In this document: positions 26,994 to 37,973 of the stretch, piece after piece
Layout: the number at the start of each line of letters is the position of its first letter
Position numbering within the stretch: the first letter of the stretch is position 1
DNA from: Candidatus Dojkabacteria bacterium
Lineage (GTDB): Bacteria > Patescibacteriota > Dojkabacteria > J137
Reading direction: 5' to 3'
Assembly (NCBI GenBank): GCA_040006935.1
Contig: JBDTVZ010000001.1
Coordinates: 231,772 to 295,771 of the forward strand
Length of the DNA: 64,000 bases
Notes under the pieces: generated by a model
Seen by the model: the letters and a program-made list of their open reading frames with translations, nothing else
What the model was told of the DNA's origin: nothing
The model's database searches: none
Program-made: the position numbers and the translations under genes

Positions 26994-29900
26994 TTACTCA
27001 ATCCACCAATCCAACCAAACACTTGCACCTCCACTTAATTCTCGATACTCAACTTTAATGGTGTGAAGACCAGCAGTCATATTTAATGTTGCATCATCTT
27101 CCTCATATCCATGAGGTCCCCAATGATCTATTGCGAGAGTTCCGTCAATCCAGACTCTTACCCCATCATCGCTACCTTCCATAAATGTATATGTGTCTGC
27201 ATCAAAGTAGAATTGTCCCTCATATCGAGCAGAGAAGTTGTTACTACTAATTCCACTGATTGGTGAGTTCGATCCCCAATCATAATCAACATTCGATGTG
27301 TACATAGACATTGTTGGTGTTCCTGTTAATGTTGCATTATTAAAGTATTTTGCACAGAACCTTCCAACGTCCACACAATTTGATGTTTGAGTTTGAGGAA
27401 GTGTCCAAGATAATCCTGCTGTAGCATCTCCTGTTCCATCGTAATATTCCATTTTGATAGCATGAGCTCCTGCTGTTAATGTAACTGTCGAAGAATTCAT
27501 AGTTGTTGTATGCGATGTCCAATTATTTATTTTTTGAACATTATCTACCCATAACCTAACTCCATTATCTGATGTTGTAACGAACGTATAACTTCCAGCA
27601 GTTGGGAAATTAATATTTCCAGTCCATCTTGCAGAGAAATTATTACTATTTACTGATGCATCGGGACTTCCTCCCCACCAGAAATTAGAAATTGTATCTT
27701 CACATCTTGTTAGAACTGGAGAGCCAGTTAAACCTGTATTGTTATAGTATTGCGCAGTAAATGTACAACTCGCATTGACTTTGAATAGAGCAGATTTGCT
27801 TGCTGTTGCTCCGTGTGAATCTGTTGCTATGAATTCTATATTCTGTTGACCAGTCCAGTTTACTGGTGTTGTTATTGTGACAACATTGCTAGCATTGATA
27901 CTTACAGTTAGCGGTCCATTATTTGCATAGCTCCAAGTGATTGGATCTGCAATATCTGGGTCACTTCCATAATTATCTAAATCGAATGTTGTAAAGCTTT
28001 GCCCTAATACGATTGTTTGTCCTGGAATTGTATTTACAACTGGATCATTATTATCAACAGGTTCAAAGTATTGCCATACTGATGCTCCTCCTCCTATTTC
28101 TCTGTACTCACCTTTTACTTGATGAACACCAGCAGATACGTTTATAGTTTTATAATCCTCTTGGTACCCATGTGGACCCCAAGAGTCTATTACTGCTTGA
28201 TTATCTAGCCAAACTCTTACTCCATCATCAGATGCTGTCCCAAATTCATAAGTTTCTCCTGTGAAAGTAAAGTTTCCTCTCCATCTTAACGAAAATGCGT
28301 CATCGTTAGTTATTCCATGTCCAGGACCCCATTGCTGCCAGTCTGCATCCACACCATTTTGTACTGCTACAAATACTGGACTTCCGGATAGAGTAGAATT
28401 ATTGAAATATTCTACACAGTAGAGATCACTTGGAATAGTATTGCAATTCCCTCCGTACTGATACCATACTAAAGCTACGACAGCATCACCCGTCGCTTCG
28501 TAATATTCCACTTTTACACTATGAATTCCTGAAGTCAATGTTATGTCATAATCATTATTTTCCCATGAGTGACTTGTCCAGTTATCAATTCTTAGTGTGT
28601 TATCTACCCAAACCCTAATTCCATTATCTGAGTTTGTATGGAAAGTGTAATTGCCAGCCGCAAAGTTTATATTCCCTTGGTATCTTGCAGAGAAATTATC
28701 TGCATTAACAGATGGATCCGGACTATCACCATCCCACCAGAAGTTTTGAACAAGACTTTCGCACCTTGTAAGAGCTGGGGTTCCAGTTAAGGTTTGATTG
28801 TTAAAGTATTGTGCAGTGAATTGTCCTGCACATGCGTCCACCACATTATTTACTTTGAATAGCGCAGAACTACTTGCAGTAGCAGCGGAACTATCTGTTG
28901 CTGTAAATGTAACCGATTGTTCGCCCACCCAGTTTGCAGGAGTTGCTACTGTAACTATATTGTTTGAATCGATATTTACAGTTAAAGGTCCGTTATTGCT
29001 ATAGCTCCAAGTTATTGAATCTGCAATATCTGGATCTGTGCCATAAGTATCTAAATCAAATGTTGTAAAATTTTGTCCTAGGGTAACTGTCTGGCTTGGG
29101 ATTTGTGTTACTACCGGTGTACTATTTGCAACTGGAACAAAATATTGCTCTATGATTGCATTTCCACCAATTTCTCGGAATTCACCTTTTACTTTGTGAG
29201 TACCAGAATTTACTCTCATAGTCTTAGCAGTTTCCTGATAACCATGAGGTCCCCAGTCATCTATTACTAATTGATTATCTAACCAAATTCTTGCTCCATC
29301 GTCTGAAATTTCATCAAATTTATATGTTCCAGTGTTAAAACTGAAGTTGCCCGTCCACCTTATAGAGAAACTATCATCATTAGTAATTCCATGTCCTGGT
29401 CCCCATTGTCCCCAGTCAGAATCTACCACTCGTTTTGTAGTTACAAATACAGGGCTTCCGGATAAATCAGAGTTATTGAAGAATTCTATACAATATAGAT
29501 TTGTTGGAACTGAATTACAATTTCCTCCATATTGATACCATGTTAAAGATGCTACTGCATCACCTGTTGCTTCGTAATACTCAACTTTTATATTATGAGT
29601 TCCTGCAGATAAAGTGATGTCGTAATCATTGTTTTCCCAAGAGTGACTTGTCCAATTATCAATTCCTAGAGCTCCATCAATCCAAACTCTAATTCCATTG
29701 TCTGAGTTTGTATGGAATGTGTAATTACCAGCAGCAAAGTTTATATTTCCTATCCATCTTGTCGAAAAATTATCTGCATTTACTGTTGCATCAGGACTTG
29801 TTGTTCCCCACCAGAAATTATCGATAACATCTTCACACCTTGTAAGAACCGGTGCATTAGTTAAAGTTTGATTGTTAAAGTATTGTGCAGTGAATTGCCC

Positions 29901-32900
29901 TACGCAAGCATCCGTGCTAACTGTGAAGGTTGCTGTACTATTTGCAGATGCATTTGCAGCATCAGTTAAAGTAAACATTATTGATTGAGATCCTGTCCAG
30001 CCATTTGGAATTGTTATAGTTACAACTTTTTGAGTATCAATATTTACACCCAAAGAACCGTTTCCTGAATATGACCAAGTTAGTGTATCGCCAGCATCTT
30101 GATCGCTTCCATAATTATCCAAATCAAATGTTGTAAAGTTCTGTCCTGTTGAAATTGTCTGACCAGGAATTTGACTTACTGTTGGTGGATTATTTGGCGG
30201 TGTATTAACTGTAAATACTGCCGTCGAACTTGCATTGGCGCTTAAATTATCTGTGGCTTTAAAAGTAATATTCTCCGTTCCAGTCCAATTACTTGGATAG
30301 GTTAGAGTAGCTACATTATTTACAATTGAAATTGAAATATTTGTATTTCCAGAGTAACTCCAAGTTACTGAATCTCCTGCATCCTGATCACTTCCATACG
30401 AACTCAAATTAATTGTTGAGAAATTTTGACCTCTAGTAATAGTTTGATTTGGAAGTTGATTTACAACGGGTGCGTGATTTGCATTTAGTAAATCAATTTG
30501 CAATTTTGCTTTTGCCCCACCTGCATTTTCAAAGTATTCCATTTTAACCTCATGTACGCCTGCTGTAAGAGTTTTAGATCCTGCATATGGAGTCTGACCA
30601 TCTTGATCAATCCATCTATCAACAACTAAAGTACCATCAACCCACAATCGTGTTCCATCATCTGTCCATGTCGTGAAGTTATAATTCCCTCCTGCTGCAA
30701 AGTTTATATTTCCTGTCCAACGAATAGAGAAGTTATCTTGTGGACACTCAATTTGATTTGTAATTGCTACAGGATTTAATGTTCCAGTTACTGAATTACA
30801 ATAGGTAATGAATATTCTTCCTAAGCCGCCTTGTCCACCGCCTCCAGAAGGTCCATTTTGATTTCCACCGTTTCCTCCGAGTGCTGTAGATAAGTTTGAT
30901 CCAAGATTAAAAATACTTCCATGTAGAATTATAGTTCCTGCGGCACCTCCACCTCCACCACCAACGTGGCTTCCAGCATTGTTCCCGCCACTTCCATCCG
31001 CATTAATTTTACCTTGAAGATTAATTACATTAGCATATCCAAATAGAATTCCTCCTCCATTTCCACCATTATTTCCATTTATTGTTGTGATATTTCTTCC
31101 TTGATACCCACCGCTAGCTCCACCACCAGAACCAAATAATACTGAAGATTGATCATTTACACCAATACTTGATCCTCCACCACCTCCACCTGTTCCAACA
31201 TCCGGACTATTCCATGAGTATCCTCCAGTTCCAGTATATCCTAATGCTTGAGAACCACCGTTAGAACCGGCAACCGAAACTCCTCCTCCATTTCCACCAC
31301 CTACTGTACTTCCGGCTAATCCTCCTGGCTGTCCATTTACATTACTATCGGATCCACCTCCGCCTCCACCTCCTGCTGTAGCATTTGCACCACCACCTCC
31401 TCCACCTGTTCCTTCATCACCTTGGCCTGAATTTAAGAAGTCATATCCTCCGGATCCAGCTCCTCCTGATCTTAAACCTGCAGGAGATGTTGCACCATTT
31501 CCAGAACCACTTCCACCTCCGTATGAACCAGTTCCATTTGGAGAATTACCTCCTCTTCCAACAAATCCATCTGTAGACTCACCATTAATCCCTCCTAGAT
31601 TTACTCCCACACCAACTCCTCCTCTGTAACCCTTACCTTTTAGGTCAATTATTCCTAAAGTTCCCACATTTACTGTGCCGTTTGCTTTGAATGCCATAAC
31701 TCCCCCTGTACTTCCATCCCAATTTGCTACAGTGAAGATTCCGTCTATATTAATATTTCTATATTGATTGACTTTTAGAATCTGAGCTACTGAACCACTA
31801 CCCACTGTATAAGTATTATTCAAATTATTTGTTAATGTTAAATTTGTTCCTGAAATACTTGCAACGGTATTGAATTCATACTTTCCCACTCCTGTTCCTA
31901 ACATTTGAATTATTAATATACTATCACCTGCAGTAAATGCACTTGAAGGTGCTCCACTTATAGTAACAATCTTTTGATTTGCAGCAGAAGTCAATGAAAC
32001 TGCACTTCTAACAGTATCTGTATAAACTGTCTGGTTTGTAGAAACACTTAGATCTCCTTCTCTTCCATCTCCTGTTTCGTTTCCTGGAGTTACTAGAGGT
32101 ACTGGACCTCCTCCCGCCCAATCAAAATCAATTGTGTCATCACATGATGTACCTACAGGAGTTCCATTTAACTCTTTATTTGGATAATATTGACCATAAT
32201 ATTGATTAGTTGAACAAGGCCATATTGTAAAGTTTGCACTCTTAGTTGCTTCTGCATGCCAATTGTCAGTTGCTTTAAATGTAATATTTTCTGTACCAGT
32301 CCAATTTGCAGGATAAGTTAAAGTTGCTACGTTATTCGTAATAGAAACTCCAATATTAGAATTACCTGAGTAACTCCAAGTTATTGTGTCTCCACTATCC
32401 TGATCACTTCCATAACTAGCTAAATTTATATTTGTAAAAGCTTCACCTGCTCCAATTCGCTGATCCGGAATAGTTGTTATAACAGGTGCATGGTTATTTG
32501 CTGGTTGAACAAAAAATTGTGCTAATGCATTGCCCGTTGCTTCGTAGTATTCCATTTTTACAGTATGTAAGCCAGCAGTTATAGGAGTAGCTTGAGATAA
32601 GTTAACCCCGGCATTATTTATCCATTTATCTATTAATAAATTAGCGTCAACCCAAAGCTTTGTACCATCATCTGTATTTGTCTGGAATATATATGTATTT
32701 GCAGAGAAATTTATATTTCCTGTCCAACGAATAGAGAAGTGATCTTGAAAACAATCCGTTTGAAGTTGTTTTGTTACCTCTAGTGCAGAGCCTGTTATGG
32801 CATCACAATATTCTATCCTTGTTCTACCACCTCCACCATTTCCACCACCTGCTCCTTGCGAAGGTGTTCCTGGTCCTCCATTCCCGCCATTTACTAATAA

Positions 32901-35900
32901 TTTATTTGTTTCAATATTTGCAGATTTTGTTTTAAGAACTATAGTTCCACCTGCACCTGCGCCTCCACCTCCTGCTAAGTTGTAGCCTCCACCTTGTGCT
33001 GAAGCACCATTACCACCTACCGAAGTTATTTGCCCTGTAATATTTAAAACATTTGCATCTATTAAAATTGCTCCTCCACCATTACCTCCAGCTCCACTAT
33101 CTGTTCCATCTTGGCCTGCTCCTCCACTTCCACCACCTCCACCAAAGTACAATTTTTCTACTTCGTTAGTTCCATAAGTTTTTCCTGGTCCTCCATTACA
33201 CCATCCATCTGATGAAGGTGATAAGCCTCCACCTCCATCTGTTTTATTTCCACCACCTCCACCTCCGGAAGCATGTTTATTTGAGTCCCAAACATAAACA
33301 TATCCATGTCCTGGACCCCCACCGTTTGCATTTGAATCATCATTTTGCCAACAATCAACAATGTTATTATTGTAATTTCCTAAATATCCTTCTCCTGCGT
33401 GTCCTCTGTCTGGATTATTTTCTGTTGTTCTGGAACCTCCTCTATATCCTTTTCCATCAACTCCTATGTCACCAACTACTGTAACAGTTCCTGTGGCTTT
33501 TATAGCTACTATTCCACCAGTTTGACCATCCCAATTATGAGCAGTTAAATGACCATTCACAGTTAGATTATGGTATTGTGCTACTTTTACAAATTGAACA
33601 ATATCACTACCACTCACTGTATATGTATTTGCTAAAGGTGAAGTTAATGTAACTGTGTTTCCACTAATACTTTGAATAATTCCATATTCATATGTTCCAG
33701 TAGAACTTCCAACCATTGAAACTATTATTAACCTATCTCCTTTATCTAATTGATTCATTGAATTCAATTTTATTTGATTAGATCCACTTGTTGCTGTTTC
33801 TGTTAAGTTTCCACGAATATCATCTGTATATATTGTTTGAGTTGAATCTATCGTCAAATCTGGCAAACCTTGAGCTACTGGGCCTAAATTTCCCCAATCA
33901 TAATCAATATTACTTACACAATTAGTAAATTCTTCACCTCCACTTAAAGTAGAATTTCCATAATATTGCATCGCGTACTGTCCTGTTGGACATGCTACGT
34001 TTACATTAATAGATGCGCTTGCACTTCCACCTGTATTTTGAACAGTTACTGAAATTGTTTGGCTTCCCAAGCTTCTTAAATTATAGGTAGCACTTGCAGT
34101 TGATTGTCCTCCAACTGGAGTAGGTGACCAATTGTAAGTTAAGTTTGAAGCGTCCGATGGACTTGCTAAAGCAGTGAATGTATTATTTTCGTTTACATTT
34201 ATTTGATTAGATCCACTTATATATACTTGAACAGGCGCAACATCTTGAACTCTAAAACTGCCTTGAGCACTCCATCCGGAGTCACCCATTGGTGTCCAAG
34301 ATCTTACATGCCAATAATATGGATTAGCTGACGCTGTTAGATCTGTTCTTGTCCATGCACTCGAATCGATCCATCCGGAACCTTGCATCGTTCCATTAGG
34401 AATATTTCCTCCCCATACATCTACTGTGTACCTATCTCCATTTCCAGTCCAAGTCATAACTACTGGTGTTCCAGGAAGGAAACTAGCATTTTCTTGTGGG
34501 GAAAGCGGAGTAGGTGTAACTGAGCCAGGTGGACAGCTGCCTTGGCAAACTTGTATTGACGAAGCTCCATCTCTTAATCCTTGAGCTACAGCATTCAAAT
34601 CTGATACATCATGATTTGTACGTCCGCAAATTCCATGAAAACCACCATCTGAACAGATTATTACTTCATACCCAGAAGTTACTCTTATTGACTCTGTTTT
34701 ATCATTTCTTAGTTCGGAAGGTGTATCCCAGAAACTTAAGTCTGAAATTGTTCTATCGCTAGTGAATGGATTTCCATCGTTGTAATCTCCAAGTCTATAT
34801 AATTTAAATGCTTCTGGACTTCTTCTTCTAACTTGAATTGATGACGTATTATAACCGAAAGGAATTCCTCCTAAATCAGTATTTGTTCCATTTGTTTGAT
34901 ATCTTCTTGCTCCATAGTTATCATCTTCGAATAGAACTACTTCCCAATTTCCTCCAATATCAATAGATTTCAATGTATCGTTTCCAAAACCTTGGGCTCC
35001 TAAACTAGGAATATCTTGAGTAACTAAGAAACAATCTCCTTGATGATCGTTCCAAGAACCTGTAACTCTACAAATTTTAACCCAATCATTATTATTTCCG
35101 GAAGGACATACATTAGTACTATAAACTTTCATAGATTCTACGCTGTTGTACCAACCTCCAACTGTTTCTAAATTTTGTACTGATGAATTGAAACATTGTG
35201 TATTTCCGACCAATCCGATATGCTGATCACTTAAAATTACGGACCAACCTGATGGTATAGACATTGATTTATATTGAGCACCTCTATCTGGGGCTTCAGT
35301 TTCTCCTACTCCAGCTTGTACCCTAATTGATGATGGATCGTAACCAGAATTTCCGTATAGAACTACTTTGTCTCCTGAGTTTCCTCCTCCTCCCGTTCCT
35401 GTTGGGTAACATGCATCTGGAGTTCCTGAAGGTTTTAATTCACAACCGTTATTACATTGTTGAACTACGCTTATACTTCCATTACTACAGTTGAATAGAG
35501 TATTTGAGTCCAAACCTAAAGTACTTCCACAATAATTTCCATTTCCTCCACTTGGACATGTTCCACCACCTGTTGACACTCCTCTACAAACATCAGCTGT
35601 TCCCGGTGGTTTTTGAATACAACCATTCGAACAAGTTTGAGTTTCTGTTTTTACACCATTTTGACAGTTATAAAGTTTGTTAGCAGTTAAACCAAGTGAC
35701 GATCCACAATACATTCCGTTTTGACCATTTGGACAACTGGAAGTACTAGAACCTGTGCTACAGAAGTCCGCTGTTCCTTGGGCCTGAACACTACAACCGT
35801 TAGAACATTGCTGAATAAGACTATTATTCCCATTTGTACATTGATAAAGATTTGAATCGTTAATACCCAATGTGACTCCACAATATTTGCCATTTTGATT

Positions 35901-37973
35901 ATTAGGACATGTATTAGAAGATACTGGAGGGGTACATGCGGTTAAAGCTTCTAAACTAAGACCAGTAGCTTGTGCACTACAAACACCACCATCCAGTGTT
36001 ATATTTAATTGATTAGATGTATTATAATTTACGAATAAGTGACCATACCCATATACTCCATTACTTACTGCAACAAAATCTCTTCCACCTGGATATATAC
36101 TTCCCGAAAAATTAAACGTTCCATTATAATTTATTGGTACTGATATAGAAACTGGTTGATTTCCTGTAGAAAGATAAACATAACCACTTCTTGCTACAGC
36201 GCCTGAAGCATTTGGTAGAAATACATATCCGGCAACAGAGCCATAAACTTGACCATCTAACTTAAACTCACCTGCGAATTGAGTTGAAGATCCAGGGCTT
36301 GTTGCGAATTCATGATGTTGTATCAAATTTTCAATAGCAGGTTGTCCATTATAAGTCTGATCAAGGTCTTTATATAAAGACATATGTGCATGACAATTAC
36401 TTGTACCTGAATTTCCAACTTCCCCTAGTTTTTGACCATAAGTAACACTATCCCCATCTGAAACCACTCTTAAATTAAGATGCGCTACTCTCAAGGCAAT
36501 ATTAGGATTTTCACTTGAACGAACAATGATTGTATTTCCATAACCCGAGTTCGAGAAATATGAAGCTATAACAATTCCTGCGAAGGGGGAATTAAAGTTT
36601 TGATTGCAGTCATTTGCACCATTGATCCTATTCCAATCTTCTGCCAACTCATCTGCCCCATGATGAGTATCTGTACTGTGGCCATTACCTGTTAGTGCCC
36701 AATCTAAAGTATCAAAAGGCCAAAACATATGTATAGGGCTAGAATTTAAATCTACAGCTTGTTGCGAAAAAACGATATTACTAGTTTGACTTGTAGACTC
36801 ATTGCTATTTCCATTAGTTGATGGTGTATTCGTCCCAATCTCCTTATTACCACCAAAAGCAACGACTTTCCCATCAAGATTCACTGTTTGTCCTAATGCA
36901 ATATCTAAAGCATAAATTCCTGCAACTTGTGGCGCTGCAAAGCTTGTTCCAGAAACCAATCCATAAGTTCCATCAACTTTAGTTGTTAAAATATCTCTTC
37001 CTGGTGCATAAATATCAATTTGAGGTCCGTAAGTAGAAAAGCTTGATCTTTGAAGGCTCTGATCAATAGAACCGACTGCGATTGAATTTTCATAAGCTGC
37101 TGGGTAGAGCACTCCTTCTTGTCCAGTATTTCCTGCTGCAGCAACTACTATTACGTTTTTAGATTTTGCATAATTTACAGCATTTTCTAAAAGAGTAGAG
37201 GTATTAGAGCCTCCCAAACTTAAGTTAATTACTTTTGCTTCGTGATCGGCTGCATAAACAATTGCGGCAGCAACATTTGAATAACTTCCTAATCCTTGGC
37301 TATCTAAAACCTTTAATGGCATTATTTTTACATTTGGAGCAATTCCTGCAATTCCAATGTTGTTATTTATATTAGCTGCAATTATTCCAGCAACACTACA
37401 CCCATGTCCTAAATCATCATTTACATTACTTGAATTATCAATAAAATTCTTTCCATCTATTATTTTTCCTTGTAAGTCTGGATGGTTTGCACAAACTCCA
37501 CTATCAATTACTGCTACTTTTACTTCTAATTGGCTTTGCTCAGTTGTCATTGAATCCCAAACTGATTGTACATTCATTGTAGATAATGCCCATTGTTCTG
37601 AATAACTTGGATCGTTTGGTGTACTTAAAGCTGCTGCATAGTAATCAGGTTCCTGTGCTGCAACAATTGTAGATTCTGGTAAGGCTGTATTATTTGAATC
37701 TAAATTAACAACAACGGAATTCAAATTTGCGATTTCACTTACTACAGTTGCGCCAATAGATTTAATGTATGCCTGTTTCTCCTCATCAGTAGCACCTGGT
37801 TTGAAATTCACAACTACTTGGTTTGGTACAGGATCTTTTGGAATTACGACATTAGAAAGATTCTCAGATTCGGAAGACTTTTTTATATATGTATAAACCA
37901 AAGAAAACACCGACACCACCAATGTGAGAGTTAGGATGAATAACGCATACCGTGACTCTTTGAATGTTTTCAT
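26994..37973 (-). CDS. Giant secreted multidomain protein with I9 propeptide, S8 subtilisin, M23 peptidase, Cys-rich repeats, ~10 PA14-like domains, cadherin-like domains and two Gly-rich beta-solenoid-like modules
   Basis: 3659-aa uninterrupted ORF with an N-terminal signal anchor. S8 triad candidates: VAVIDSGV, HGCSVAGI, GTSFAAPQVAG. M23 motifs: HHGAD, VAHLN, CHAHMS. Four CPNGQNGxYCG...C repeats. Repeated PA14-like units of the form FTAQYFNN...NFSARWTGNINF...SDNGIRVWVD. NHAPV...WSYSGN cadherin-like units. GKGYRGG followed by GGGG-rich runs. Confidence 0.85.
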   Translation of the reverse strand: MKTFKESRYALFILTLTLVVSVFSLVYTYIKKSSESENLSNVVIPKDPVPNQVVVNFKPGATDEEKQAYIKSIGATVVSEIANLNSVVVNLDSNNTALPESTIVAAQEPDYYAAALSTPNDPSYSEQWALSTMNVQSVWDSMTTEQSQLEVKVAVIDSGVCANHPDLQGKIIDGKNFIDNSSNVNDDLGHGCSVAGIIAANINNNIGIAGIAPNVKIMPLKVLDSQGLGSYSNVAAAIVYAADHEAKVINLSLGGSNTSTLLENAVNYAKSKNVIVVAAAGNTGQEGVLYPAAYENSIAVGSIDQSLQRSSFSTYGPQIDIYAPGRDILTTKVDGTYGLVSGTSFAAPQVAGIYALDIALGQTVNLDGKVVAFGGNKEIGTNTPSTNGNSNESTSQTSNIVFSQQAVDLNSSPIHMFWPFDTLDWALTGNGHSTDTHHGADELAEDWNRINGANDCNQNFNSPFAGIVIASYFSNSGYGNTIIVRSSENPNIALRVAHLNLRVVSDGDSVTYGQKLGEVGNSGTSNCHAHMSLYKDLDQTYNGQPAIENLIQHHEFATSPGSSTQFAGEFKLDGQVYGSVAGYVFLPNASGAVARSGYVYLSTGNQPVSISVPINYNGTFNFSGSIYPGGRDFVAVSNGVYGYGHLFVNYNTSNQLNITLDGGVCSAQATGLSLEALTACTPPVSSNTCPNNQNGKYCGVTLGINDSNLYQCTNGNNSLIQQCSNGCSVQAQGTADFCSTGSSTSSCPNGQNGMYCGSSLGLTANKLYNCQNGVKTETQTCSNGCIQKPPGTADVCRGVSTGGGTCPSGGNGNYCGSTLGLDSNTLFNCSNGSISVVQQCNNGCELKPSGTPDACYPTGTGGGGNSGDKVVLYGNSGYDPSSIRVQAGVGETEAPDRGAQYKSMSIPSGWSVILSDQHIGLVGNTQCFNSSVQNLETVGGWYNSVESMKVYSTNVCPSGNNNDWVKICRVTGSWNDHQGDCFLVTQDIPSLGAQGFGNDTLKSIDIGGNWEVVLFEDDNYGARRYQTNGTNTDLGGIPFGYNTSSIQVRRRSPEAFKLYRLGDYNDGNPFTSDRTISDLSFWDTPSELRNDKTESIRVTSGYEVIICSDGGFHGICGRTNHDVSDLNAVAQGLRDGASSIQVCQGSCPPGSVTPTPLSPQENASFLPGTPVVMTWTGNGDRYTVDVWGGNIPNGTMQGSGWIDSSAWTRTDLTASANPYYWHVRSWTPMGDSGWSAQGSFRVQDVAPVQVYISGSNQINVNENNTFTALASPSDASNLTYNWSPTPVGGQSTASATYNLRSLGSQTISVTVQNTGGSASASINVNVACPTGQYAMQYYGNSTLSGGEEFTNCVSNIDYDWGNLGPVAQGLPDLTIDSTQTIYTDDIRGNLTETATSGSNQIKLNSMNQLDKGDRLIIVSMVGSSTGTYEYGIIQSISGNTVTLTSPLANTYTVSGSDIVQFVKVAQYHNLTVNGHLTAHNWDGQTGGIVAIKATGTVTVVGDIGVDGKGYRGGSRTTENNPDRGHAGEGYLGNYNNNIVDCWQNDDSNANGGGPGHGYVYVWDSNKHASGGGGGGNKTDGGGGLSPSSDGWCNGGPGKTYGTNEVEKLYFGGGGGSGGAGQDGTDSGAGGNGGGAILIDANVLNITGQITSVGGNGASAQGGGYNLAGGGGAGAGGTIVLKTKSANIETNKLLVNGGNGGPGTPSQGAGGGNGGGGRTRIEYCDAITGSALEVTKQLQTDCFQDHFSIRWTGNINFSANTYIFQTNTDDGTKLWVDANLLIDKWINNAGVNLSQATPITAGLHTVKMEYYEATGNALAQFFVQPANNHAPVITTIPDQRIGAGEAFTNINLASYGSDQDSGDTITWSYSGNSNIGVSITNNVATLTYPANWTGTENITFKATDNWHAEATKSANFTIWPCSTNQYYGQYYPNKELNGTPVGTSCDDTIDFDWAGGGPVPLVTPGNETGDGREGDLSVSTNQTVYTDTVRSAVSLTSAANQKIVTISGAPSSAFTAGDSILIIQMLGTGVGKYEFNTVASISGTNLTLTNNLNNTYTVGSGSVAQILKVNQYRNINIDGIFTVANWDGSTGGVMAFKANGTVNVGTLGIIDLKGKGYRGGVGVGVNLGGINGESTDGFVGRGGNSPNGTGSYGGGSGSGNGATSPAGLRSGGAGSGGYDFLNSGQGDEGTGGGGGGANATAGGGGGGGSDSNVNGQPGGLAGSTVGGGNGGGVSVAGSNGGSQALGYTGTGGYSWNSPDVGTGGGGGGSSIGVNDQSSVLFGSGGGASGGYQGRNITTINGNNGGNGGGILFGYANVINLQGKINADGSGGNNAGSHVGGGGGGAAGTIILHGSIFNLGSNLSTALGGNGGNQNGPSGGGGQGGLGRIFITYCNSVTGTLNPVAITNQIECPQDNFSIRWTGNINFAAGGNYNFTTWTDDGTRLWVDGTLVVDRWIDQDGQTPYAGSKTLTAGVHEVKMEYFENAGGAKAKLQIDLLNANHAPVVNQLPNQTITRGQNFSTINLSSYGSDQDAGDSVTWSYSGNTNISISIVNNVATLTYPSNWTGTENITFKATDNLSANASSTAVFTVNTPPNNPPTVSQIPGQTISTGQNFTTFDLDNYGSDQDAGDTLTWSYSGNGSLGVNIDTQKVVTITIPNGWTGSQSIMFTLTDAANASANSTATFTVSTDACVGQFTAQYFNNQTLTNAPVLTRCEDVIDNFWWGTTSPDATVNADNFSTRWIGNINFAAGNYTFHTNSDNGIRVWIDGALGIDNWTSHSWENNDYDITLSAGTHNIKVEYYEATGDAVASLTWYQYGGNCNSVPTNLYCIEFFNNSDLSGSPVFVTTKRVVDSDWGQWGPGHGITNDDSFSIRWTGNFSFNTGTYKFDEISDDGARIWLDNQLVIDDWGPHGYQETAKTMRVNSGTHKVKGEFREIGGNAIIEQYFVPVANSTPVVTQIPSQTVTLGQNFTTFDLDTYGTDPDIADSITWSYSNNGPLTVNIDSNNIVTVATPANWVGEQSVTFTATDSSAATASSSALFKVNNVVDACAGQFTAQYFNNQTLTGTPALTRCESLVQNFWWDGDSPDPSVNADNFSARYQGNINFAAGNYTFHTNSDNGIRVWVDNTLRIDNWTSHSWENNDYDITLTSGIHSVKVEYYEATGDAVVALVWYQYGGNCNTIPSDLYCVEYFNNSTLSGSPVFVAVQNGVDADWQQWGPGHGITNDDAFSLRWRGNFTFTGETYEFGTASDDGVRVWLDNQAVIDSWGPHGYQEDYKTINVSAGVHQVKGEYREIGGGASVWQYFEPVDNNDPVVNTIPGQTIVLGQSFTTFDLDNYGSDPDIADPITWSYANNGPLTVSINASNVVTITTPVNWTGQQNIEFIATDSHGATASKSALFKVNASCTFTAQYYNNTGLTGSPVLTRCEDTISNFWWGGSPDASVNSNNFSARWTGNINFPTAGSYTFVTTSDNGVRLWVDNVQKINNWTSHTTTMNSSTVTLTAGAHAIKMEYYDGTGDATAGLSWTLPQTQTSNCVDVGRFCAKYFNNATLTGTPTMSMYTSNVDYDWGSNSPISGISSNNFSARYEGQFYFDADTYTFMEGSDDGVRVWIDGTLAIDHWGPHGYEEDDATLNMTAGLHTIKVEYRELSGGASVWLDWWIE
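36369..36731 (-). other. Peptidase M23 (LytM-like) domain of the giant protein with intact Zn-binding motifs
   Basis: HHGAD (HxxxD), AHL and CHAHM (HxH) at aa ~437-531. Confidence 0.6.
36894..37601 (-). other. Peptidase S8 (subtilisin) catalytic domain of the giant protein
   Basis: Asp, His and Ser motifs are intact at aa ~157, ~190 and ~343. Confidence 0.7.
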
